From: Eubacterium sp. | GTDB lineage: Bacteria > Bacillota > Clostridia > Oscillospirales > Acutalibacteraceae | Assembly (NCBI GenBank): GCA_051881175.1 | Contig: JBJEPI010000021.1 | Coordinates: 1,448-65,447, forward strand | DNA length: 64,000 bases | Reading direction: 5' to 3' | Shown here: one piece after another, positions 40,203 through 47,000 of the stretch | Layout of the letters: each line of letters opens with the position of its first letter | Position numbering within the stretch: position 1 is the first letter of the stretch | Translations under genes and position numbers: made by a program | The notes under the pieces: model-generated | What the model saw: only the letters and a program-made list of their open reading frames with translations | Database searches by the model: none | What the model was told of the DNA's origin: nothing

Positions 40203-40268
40203 GCAAGAAAAATGAGCAGGTCGGTGACCTGCTCTTAAATGTTAGCCGTTGATTTGCTATGAAGAGTT
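40203..40268 (-). repeat. tsf-3'-end-like module copy B (plus promoter TTGCAT-17-TAAACT at 40178-40206)
   Basis: Minus strand reads AACTCTTCATAGCAAATCAACGGCTAA CATTTAA GAGCAGGTC-ACC-GACCTGCTC ATTTTTCTTGC. Confidence 0.75.
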
Positions 40269-40269
40269 T

Positions 40270-40605
40270 TTATATCAACTTTTTTATTGATTCAACAAAA
40301 TCGTTCATTTCATCAAAGATTACTTCAACGATAATTGACCAATTTATGCCCTCATAATCGTGGACAAGTCTGTGCCTTAAGCCGGCAACAACGCTCCATA
40401 TAATCTCAGGGTGTTCTTTTTTCATTTCATCGCTGATTTTATATACCTGTTCACCGATATTATACAAAGGTGTTGTAACTGCCCACTGTGAAAACTCGTC
40501 ATTCAAAAGCTGTTCCTTTGTAATTGAATGTTCTTTAATCTGTTTTTGCAAGGCTTCCCAAGTGGAAACAATCTTTTTAATTCTTTCGGTATCTGACTTT
40601 TTCAT
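40270..40605 (-). CDS. hepT: HepT-like (DUF86) RNase toxin of a type VII toxin-antitoxin pair
   Basis: 111 aa with the R....H.Y motif as GLRHRLVHDY. 4-nt overlap with the upstream nucleotidyltransferase gene. Confidence 0.8.
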   Translation of the reverse strand: MKKSDTERIKKIVSTWEALQKQIKEHSITKEQLLNDEFSQWAVTTPLYNIGEQVYKISDEMKKEHPEIIWSVVAGLRHRLVHDYEGINWSIIVEVIFDEMNDFVESIKKLI

Positions 40606-40892
40606 GCTATTTTAATTCCTTCTTCTATAACACTATCATAAAACGGTGTTGAACGGTCAACCTCGCATATTTCAAAAGCGTCAACACTTTTTCCCGTCAT
40701 TTGTCTTAACTCTTCTGCAAAGGCAAAGATATTTGACTTTTTAAAATTTTCACCACCGAAAACCAAAACATCTATGTCTGATTCTTCCGTTTCCTCTCCC
40801 CTTGCATACGAACCGAAAAGGAGTGCATATTCAGCATTGTAACGAACAAGCAGTTCTTTTATTGATTTTTCAACATCTGTTCTTGTTGGCAT
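40602..40892 (-). CDS. mntA: MNT-type minimal nucleotidyltransferase antitoxin
   Basis: GSYARGEETEESDIDVLV is the G[ST]x(n)DxD nucleotidyltransferase motif. The start is uncertain (40892 to 40934). Confidence 0.8.
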   Translation of the reverse strand: MPTRTDVEKSIKELLVRYNAEYALLFGSYARGEETEESDIDVLVFGGENFKKSNIFAFAEELRQMTGKSVDAFEICEVDRSTPFYDSVIEEGIKIA

Positions 40893-40963
40893 AAGCATTA
40901 CCCCTTTCATAGTTTCCATATTTATTATACACATAAACCAAAATTAAATCAACACATATTCTT

Positions 40964-41581
40964 TCAGGTAAGAACATCTAAAACATCACCGATTGTTTCA
41001 ACGGTATAGTCCGGCTGTTCTTCAATATTTTTTACGCTTTGATATTTTGCAAAGCCTTGACGAACCCAAATGGTTTTCATACCAAGCTGTTTAGCAGGGA
41101 CAATATCGTTATCAAGTCTGTCCCCTATCATAAATGCTTCGTTTGATTTACAGCCTGCCTGCTCAAGTGCAAGGTTAAATATTTTTAAATCAGGTTTAGC
41201 ACATCCTGCCTCTGCTGAAGCAACAACCACATAAAAGTATTTACCGATATCCCAATTATCAAGGCGTTGCTTTGTGCCCAAAGACTGATTAGCAATGATG
41301 CCGAGTTTATATTTCTTCGACAATATTTCTAACACCTGATTAGTATCTGAATACAGTTTTTCTAAACTTTTATCCCATTCGGGCAATTTAATATTATAAA
41401 AAGCACATGCCGTTTTTATTGCAGTTGCGCTGGTTTTGGCTGATTCATAAACCTTTGACAAAAATTCATCACGGTTTAATTCTTTTGAATTAACTGCAAA
41501 ATCTATCCTGCTGTTATAACATTCAGTTTCATCTACTAAGGTTGAACCTAAATCAAAAAACAGCCATTGAATATTTTCCAT
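40964..41581 (-). CDS. HAD-superfamily hydrolase, copy 1
   Basis: 205 aa. Motif I FFDLGSTLVD, motif III K at CAKPD, motif IV MIGDRLDNDI. Confidence 0.8.
   Translation of the reverse strand: MENIQWLFFDLGSTLVDETECYNSRIDFAVNSKELNRDEFLSKVYESAKTSATAIKTACAFYNIKLPEWDKSLEKLYSDTNQVLEILSKKYKLGIIANQSLGTKQRLDNWDIGKYFYVVVASAEAGCAKPDLKIFNLALEQAGCKSNEAFMIGDRLDNDIVPAKQLGMKTIWVRQGFAKYQSVKNIEEQPDYTVETIGDVLDVLT
41072..41581 (-). repeat. 510-bp near-identical duplication, copy 1 (partner 43948..44457)
   Basis: Constant offset of 2876 bp. I saw only two mismatches, at the L/I codon. Identity decays toward the 3' ends of the genes. Confidence 0.85.
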
Positions 41582-41596
41582 AAATTATCTCCAAAC

Positions 41597-42643
41597 TTAA
41601 GTTCTTATTTGCTCAAATGAATACATCGTTTGTGGGTTATCATCAAGGGTATTTATTGTAGTTAATGTGCAAGATGGATAAATAAAATCATCTCGTCCTG
41701 CACTGTATCCGCTGACGGAGCTTAACTGATAATATCTTCCGTTATAGAATGAACACATATTGTTGCTATGCTGATGACCGCAGGAAATAAGCGTAATATA
41801 TTCGTTATCTTTAATTACATTGTCAAACACATCATCATTTTTAATTTCATCATAAGGATATGTATTATACATATCAAAGCCGGCATATGCCTCTCCATTG
41901 TCATACGCAGTTTGGAAAGCGTTAGTCGGCATATGGAAAAATACGCTTGTTTTGACCTTACGGGCATTAACCTCATCATTAAGCCAATTTGCTTGATTTT
42001 CACTAATTGGCTGATATGAGCCTATTGCCTTTGGCTTTCTTGCACCGGAGTCCATAATTGCAACACTATGCACAAGCTTTTCATTGTAGTAAACATCTAT
42101 GACAAACTGCATTGAGCCGTCAATATTGTTTGAATTACCGTAAATAAAATGCTCATATTGCATCATAAATGCAATAATATCCTCATTGCTGCCGTCAATT
42201 TCGAAATCGTTATTTCCCGGTGCAAAGGTCCATGGAGTATCGTATTCCTCGATAAGATTTGCAAACAAATCAATAGCTCCGAATTTATCATAATTGCTCT
42301 TCAAATTGAAGCCGTCAACTAAATCTCCGTTTACAACAATAAGGTCACAGGGTGTTTTGTCTAAAATTACCCTTAAATCCTCAAGAGTATGCTTATCATC
42401 CTCGCACACACCGTCAAAGAAATGAGTATCATTAATCTTTAAGACTTTGAAAATGCCGTTGTCATCGGTTGATAATTTAACTTGGTCTGCACTGTAAACA
42501 GTATCGTAGCTGTTAGTTGCATTTGACTTATCGCAGTTAAATCTGTAAAGCAAATATCCGCCGAAAGAGCCGACTGCAATTAGTACAATTGCCAAAATTA
42601 TTGCTATTACTTTTACAATTAGTTTCTTTTTGCTTTTTTGCAT
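41597..42643 (-). CDS. Membrane-anchored calcineurin-like metallophosphoesterase
   Basis: 348 aa. N-terminal transmembrane helix, with DTH, GDLVDG, GNNDFE and GHQH motifs. Confidence 0.8.
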   Translation of the reverse strand: MQKSKKKLIVKVIAIILAIVLIAVGSFGGYLLYRFNCDKSNATNSYDTVYSADQVKLSTDDNGIFKVLKINDTHFFDGVCEDDKHTLEDLRVILDKTPCDLIVVNGDLVDGFNLKSNYDKFGAIDLFANLIEEYDTPWTFAPGNNDFEIDGSNEDIIAFMMQYEHFIYGNSNNIDGSMQFVIDVYYNEKLVHSVAIMDSGARKPKAIGSYQPISENQANWLNDEVNARKVKTSVFFHMPTNAFQTAYDNGEAYAGFDMYNTYPYDEIKNDDVFDNVIKDNEYITLISCGHQHSNNMCSFYNGRYYQLSSVSGYSAGRDDFIYPSCTLTTINTLDDNPQTMYSFEQIRT

Positions 42644-42717
42644 AGTAATCCTCCTAAAAAAATTAAATTATCAAAAACATTTCTTTATTATTAGATTAAC
42701 ACAACAATAATTCTATA

Positions 42718-42878
42718 GCAAGAAAAAAGAGCATCTCGTTTGAGATGCTCTTGAATGTTAGCCGTTGATTTGCTTTGCGAAGTTTTTTGCTGAAAGCACG
42801 GTATATCAATGGTTTCGAGCATTTTTGAATTTTCATTTACGCAACTTTTACGCAAGATTTAAGAACTTTTTACGCAAC
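42718..42878 (-). repeat. tsf-3'-end-like module copy C (terminator, -35 box, tsf end, and distal module with three TTTACGCA boxes)
   Basis: Minus strand reads AACTTCGCAAAGCAAATCAACGGCTAA CATTCAA GAGCATCTC-AAAC-GAGATGCTC TTTTTTCTTGC. Upstream of this lies TGCGTAAA x3. Confidence 0.8.
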
Positions 42879-42898
42879 CGATATTTTAGAAAACCACA

Positions 42899-43699
42899 TC
42901 ATATACTATTTGATTCCGGTAATTTATAATCAAATGATTTTCTTTTATTAAGATTTTTACCGTTTCTGTTATTAACCGAATTATCGTGCCATGTAGTTAT
43001 GTTTGTTAAACAGGATTTTATAAATACTTCTTTATATATCTCTATACACTCCTGTGTTCCGTTAAAATTATAACCATGTATCACAGGCTCTTTACCGTCA
43101 AGAAAAAGTTTTCGTAGTTCAAAAGCATTAAGCGCATTATTATCAAAATCGGTAAAATATGTATTAAAAGACGGATCAAATATTACCCATTTATCCTTGT
43201 CGCTTAAATAAGCATGAACCACTAAATGACATCCAAAACCTTCATAATTTTTATCACCTATAAGAGCAACAGGATATGCCTTTATTCCACAAGCAAGCAA
43301 AATGTCTGCAAAAGCAATTGCTTTATATCTGCAATTTATGGCGTTCTTGAAAGGCTTTTTATAAGCATATTCAAGAATATCAAGCGTATTATCTGATATA
43401 AGCTTATACTGCATACCGAAATAATAAGTTGAGTCCGTAAGCCACTGCATTAATGAAAGTGCTTTTTCAAAATCGGCTTGTCCTTTTGTATAATTATCAA
43501 GACAATATTTTTCTTTAATAATCTTATAATCATCTATGTAAGAAAATAAATTATTATAATCTGTTTCTTTAAGGTCTTTTATATCGCCTACTGAAAGTGG
43601 AGGAAATTTTGTAGTATCGGTGTTCTTAATTACTTCAATATATTTGTCAACACTTTGATACTTTTTGAATTTAATCGGATAAAATATTTCTCTAAACAA
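42899..43699 (-). CDS. Transglutaminase-like (papain-fold) domain protein
   Basis: 266 aa. A Cys...His...Asp arrangement: NCRYKAIAFADILLACGIKAYPV, GCHLVVHAY, WVIFDPS. It has an apparent TTG start, and its RBS abuts module copy D directly. Confidence 0.6.
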   Translation of the reverse strand: MFREIFYPIKFKKYQSVDKYIEVIKNTDTTKFPPLSVGDIKDLKETDYNNLFSYIDDYKIIKEKYCLDNYTKGQADFEKALSLMQWLTDSTYYFGMQYKLISDNTLDILEYAYKKPFKNAINCRYKAIAFADILLACGIKAYPVALIGDKNYEGFGCHLVVHAYLSDKDKWVIFDPSFNTYFTDFDNNALNAFELRKLFLDGKEPVIHGYNFNGTQECIEIYKEVFIKSCLTNITTWHDNSVNNRNGKNLNKRKSFDYKLPESNSI

Positions 43700-43717
43700 A
43701 ATAATTCTTACTCCTTA

Positions 43718-43828
43718 ATTTGCTTTGCGAAGTTTTTTGATAAAAGCACGGTATATCAAGGGTTTCGAGCGTTTTTGAATTTTCATTTACGCAACTTTTA
43801 CGCAATTTGTTTTAATAATTTACGCAGC
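43718..43828 (-). repeat. Partial module copy D (distal module only, three TTTACGCA boxes, truncated within the tsf-like core)
   Basis: 43718-43806 aligns with 42768-42856 with few mismatches. The tsf-like part stops at CTTCGCAAAGCAAAT and runs into TAAGGAG. Confidence 0.8.
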
Positions 43829-43842
43829 ACTTTCATAAATAG

Positions 43843-44457
43843 TCAAAATAAATTTACGATTTTGTCAATTGTTTCAATAGTGTAATCAGGTTGTTCATCA
43901 TTACCTTTAACACTTTGGTATTTTGCAAAGCCTTGGCGTACCCAGACGGTTTTCATACCAAGCTGTTTAGCAGGGACAATATCGTTATCAAGTCTGTCCC
44001 CTATCATAAATGCTTCGTTTGATTTACAGCCTGCCTGCTCAAGTGCAAGGTTAAATATTTTTAAATCAGGTTTAGCACATCCTGCCTCTGCTGAAGCAAC
44101 AACCACATAAAAGTATTTACCGATATCCCAATTATCAAGGCGTTGCTTTGTGCCCAAAGACTGATTAGCAATGATGCCGAGTTTATATTTCTTCGACAAT
44201 ATTTCTAACACCTGATTAGTATCTGAATACAGTTTTTCTAAACTTTTATCCCATTCGGGCAATTTAATATTATAAAAAGCACATGCCGTTTTTATTGCAG
44301 TTGCGCTGGTTTTGGCTGATTCATAAACCTTTGACAAAAATTCATCACGGTTTAATTCTTTTGAATTAACTGCAAAATCTATCCTGCTGTTATAACATTC
44401 AGTTTCATCTACTAAGGTTGAACCTATGTCAAAAAACAGCCATTGAATATTTTCCAT
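43843..44457 (-). CDS. HAD-superfamily hydrolase, copy 2
   Basis: 204 aa. Identical to copy 1 over about 170 aa except L11I. The last ~30 aa diverge. Confidence 0.8.
   Translation of the reverse strand: MENIQWLFFDIGSTLVDETECYNSRIDFAVNSKELNRDEFLSKVYESAKTSATAIKTACAFYNIKLPEWDKSLEKLYSDTNQVLEILSKKYKLGIIANQSLGTKQRLDNWDIGKYFYVVVASAEAGCAKPDLKIFNLALEQAGCKSNEAFMIGDRLDNDIVPAKQLGMKTVWVRQGFAKYQSVKGNDEQPDYTIETIDKIVNLF
43948..44457 (-). repeat. 510-bp near-identical duplication, copy 2 (partner 41072..41581)
   Basis: See copy 1. Confidence 0.85.
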
Positions 44458-44521
44458 ATATGTACCTCCGATTTAGCTTTGAACAATCATGGACTGTCCC
44501 CGATTGTACAAACATGACCTA

Positions 44522-44977
44522 TTATAAAATTTTTTTAATCCATTCTCCGTTTTCCTGCTTCCACTGAAATTCCTGTAAATCATCGCTTTGAAAAATCTCA
44601 AACATTTCTTCAAAATCACTTGCTAGTTTATAATTTTTCAGTTCTTCCGGTTTTATCCAAAAAACCTTACCCTCAGCTGAAGATTTCAGTTCACCGCTAA
44701 ATTCATTCGTTTTATAAAAGAACACAATATAGCGAATCTTTTTATTTATCTGCCACTGTTTTACACCGCATATTTTAGGCTTTTTAATATCAAGTCCCGT
44801 TTCCTCTTTTATCTCCCGTATTACAGATTCAACGATGCTTTCCTCTTTTTCAATATGTCCGCCGGGAAATGTTACGCCGCCCCACAATTTACTAACTCTG
44901 TCCTGAACTAAAATATTACCGTCATCATCATATATCATACACATATTTGTAAGCTCGGTTTTCTCATAATTACGCAT
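44522..44977 (-). CDS. NUDIX hydrolase
   Basis: 151 aa. Nudix box GGHIEKEESIVESVIREIKEETGL. Confidence 0.85.
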   Translation of the reverse strand: MRNYEKTELTNMCMIYDDDGNILVQDRVSKLWGGVTFPGGHIEKEESIVESVIREIKEETGLDIKKPKICGVKQWQINKKIRYIVFFYKTNEFSGELKSSAEGKVFWIKPEELKNYKLASDFEEMFEIFQSDDLQEFQWKQENGEWIKKIL

Positions 44978-45042
44978 ATATTCTCCTCTTTTTTCATTAA
45001 TATTCCTGTCATTATCAGTTTATCATACAAGTCGGGGAATGG

Positions 45043-45125
45043 CAAGAAAAAAGAGCAGGTTGCTGACCTGCTCTTGATTGTTATAAAATTAGCCGTTGAT
45101 TTGCTTTGCGATTTCCTCTGCGAAG
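45043..45125 (-). repeat. Native tsf 3' end, terminator and promoter (reference copy E of the module)
   Basis: Minus strand reads AACTTCGCAGAGGAAATCGCAAAGCAAATCAACGGCTAA, then the stem AGAGCAGGT/ACCTGCTCT, then TTTTTCTTGCC. The promoter is TTGCCA-17-TAAACT. Confidence 0.85.
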
Positions 45126-46027
45126 TTCTCTTCACGCTTTTCAAGGCCGTCGCCCTTCATCATACGGATGAAGCCGTTTGCCTTAATCTCTGTGCCGAGC
45201 TCCTTAGCAACTGAATCGATATAGCCCTTAACTGAGCCTTGGAAAAGGTCTGAACGAACAAACTCTTGTTCAACAAGGCAGTTTTCCTTGTAATACTTGC
45301 CCATTTTACCAGCGGCAATTTTAACAAGAACAGCCTCAGGCTTATTAGCCATTTTAGGATCTTCCTTCATTTGAGCGGCAAGAATACCTTGCTCGTGCTC
45401 AATAACATCTGCAGGAACAGAAGCTTGGTCAAGATAAGCAGGGCTCATAGCAGCAATTTGCATTGCAACATTCTTACCCATAGCCTCGAACTCTGCTGTA
45501 TCAGCCTTTGACTCGTCGGCAACATCAAAGCCAACCATAACGCCAACTGCGCCGCCTGCGTGGATATATGTTGAAACAACACCCTCCATTCTCTCAAAAC
45601 GGCGAACCTTCATATTCTCGCCGATTGCAAGAACAAGGTCGTTAAGAGTTTCGGTAACAGTTCTGTCTGTACCGTTGAACTTTTCTTCCTTAAGAGCTTC
45701 AACATCGGCAGGATCTGTTGCAAGGATAGTTTTAGCTACACCCTCAACAAAAGCCATAAACTTTTCATTTTTAGCAACGAAATCGGTTTCTGAGTTAACC
45801 TCAAGAACAACACCCTTTTTAGTTGCCTTATCATAATATGGAAGAACTACACCCTCTGCGGCAATTCTTGTTGCCTTCTTTTGAGCTGCGGCAAGACCTC
45901 TTTCACGAAGGAAGTCAATAGCCTTGTCCATATCGCCGTCAGCCTCAACGAGAGCCTTTTTGCACTCCATCATACCAACGCCTGTCTTCTCACGAAGAGC
46001 CTTTACATCTTGTGCTGTAAATGCCAT
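45089..46027 (-). CDS. tsf: Translation elongation factor Ts
   Basis: 312 aa. The N-terminal UBA-like sequence VK.LRE.TG.GMM.CKKAL is typical of EF-Ts. Confidence 0.95.
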   Translation of the reverse strand: MAFTAQDVKALREKTGVGMMECKKALVEADGDMDKAIDFLRERGLAAAQKKATRIAAEGVVLPYYDKATKKGVVLEVNSETDFVAKNEKFMAFVEGVAKTILATDPADVEALKEEKFNGTDRTVTETLNDLVLAIGENMKVRRFERMEGVVSTYIHAGGAVGVMVGFDVADESKADTAEFEAMGKNVAMQIAAMSPAYLDQASVPADVIEHEQGILAAQMKEDPKMANKPEAVLVKIAAGKMGKYYKENCLVEQEFVRSDLFQGSVKGYIDSVAKELGTEIKANGFIRMMKGDGLEKREENFAEEIAKQING

Positions 46028-46090
46028 AATGATTTACCTCCTATAAAACATAAGTTAACGAAACGAAAAAATCATTTCACAATAATACTA

Positions 46091-46834
46091 TTATTCAGCA
46101 GCGGCTTCCTGGGCAGGAACTTCCTCTTCAGCACTCTCTACTGCGTCTACACCGTCTCTGCCCTCGATAACAGCGTCAGCCATTGCGCCTGCAATAAGCT
46201 TTACTGCACGGATAGCGTCATCGTTACCCGGGATAACATAATCAATCTCGTCAGGATCGCAGTTTGTATCAACGATAGCTACGATTGGAAGACCGAGCTT
46301 TGTTGCCTCTGATACAGCGATTCTCTCCTTGCGAGGATCAACGATGAACATAGCCTGAGGAATCTTCTTCATTTCTGTGATACCGCCAAGGTACTTTTCA
46401 AGCTTTTCGATTTCAAGCTCTAAGCCTGCAACCTCTTTCTTTGGAAGAAGATCAAATGTGCCGTCCTCCTGCATAGCCTTAAGCTGAGCAAGACGGGCAA
46501 CTCTGCCTCTGATTGTTTTGAAGTTTGTAAGCATACCGCCAAGCCATCTTGCGTTAACATAAGGCATATTGCAACGAATAGCCTCTTCCTTAACTGAATC
46601 CTGCGCTTGCTTTTTTGTGCCTACAAAAATGATTTCGCCGCCGTCAGCAGCAAGGTCACGAACGAACATATAAGCCTCATCAAGCTTCTTAACTGTTTTT
46701 TGAAGGTCGATGATGTAAATGCCGTTACGCTCTGTGAAGATGTATTCAGCCATTTTAGGGTTCCATCTTCTTGTTTGGTGTCCAAAATGAACACCTGCTT
46801 CTAAAAGCTGTTTCATTGAAACTACATTTGCCAT
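46091..46834 (-). CDS. rpsB: 30S ribosomal protein S2
   Basis: 247 aa. [19 protein letters not shown] is the S2 signature. Confidence 0.95.
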   Translation of the reverse strand: MANVVSMKQLLEAGVHFGHQTRRWNPKMAEYIFTERNGIYIIDLQKTVKKLDEAYMFVRDLAADGGEIIFVGTKKQAQDSVKEEAIRCNMPYVNARWLGGMLTNFKTIRGRVARLAQLKAMQEDGTFDLLPKKEVAGLELEIEKLEKYLGGITEMKKIPQAMFIVDPRKERIAVSEATKLGLPIVAIVDTNCDPDEIDYVIPGNDDAIRAVKLIAGAMADAVIEGRDGVDAVESAEEEVPAQEAAAE

Positions 46835-46990
46835 TATAATTTCCTCCTTTAAGGTTTATCCTCCACAATTCGCATGGCACAGCCCAAATTTACAACCTAA
46901 GGCTTAACGAATTGTGTGCGTTCTTGGCAATTGGGCGCAATTCACCCTTTGCCAATGCTGGAATATGATACCACAACGGATATGAAAAAT
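46835..46990 (-). promoter_or_regulatory. rpsB 5' leader with a hairpin abutting the Shine-Dalgarno sequence
   Basis: The 9-bp inverted repeat CACAATTCG/CGAATTGTG (46864-46872 / 46908-46916) encloses about 35 nt. On the mRNA the 3' arm runs directly into GGAGGA. Confidence 0.3.
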
Positions 46991-47000
46991 CAAGTACTTT

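Larger units (their letters stand above)
25718..45088. other. Accessory genomic island inserted between pyrH and tsf
   Basis: tsf and pyrH are normally adjacent in Firmicutes. Here 18 unrelated ORFs and repeated tsf-3'-end modules lie between them. No recombinase gene was seen. Confidence 0.65.

Noticed and set aside
42758-42835. Small ORFs inside the junction modules: MKIQKCSKPLIYRAFSKKLRKANQRLTF..., and the 23-codon version at 43718-43788.
   Set aside because: There is no RBS. The two copies have different stops, and the frame merely runs through the repeat. A decayed gene tail or binding-site array is more likely than a real peptide.
25718-45088. Intact prophage, ICE or transposon explanation for the island.
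   Set aside because: No integrase, transposase, relaxase, capsid or terminase-like ORF is present in any frame of the island, or of the window.
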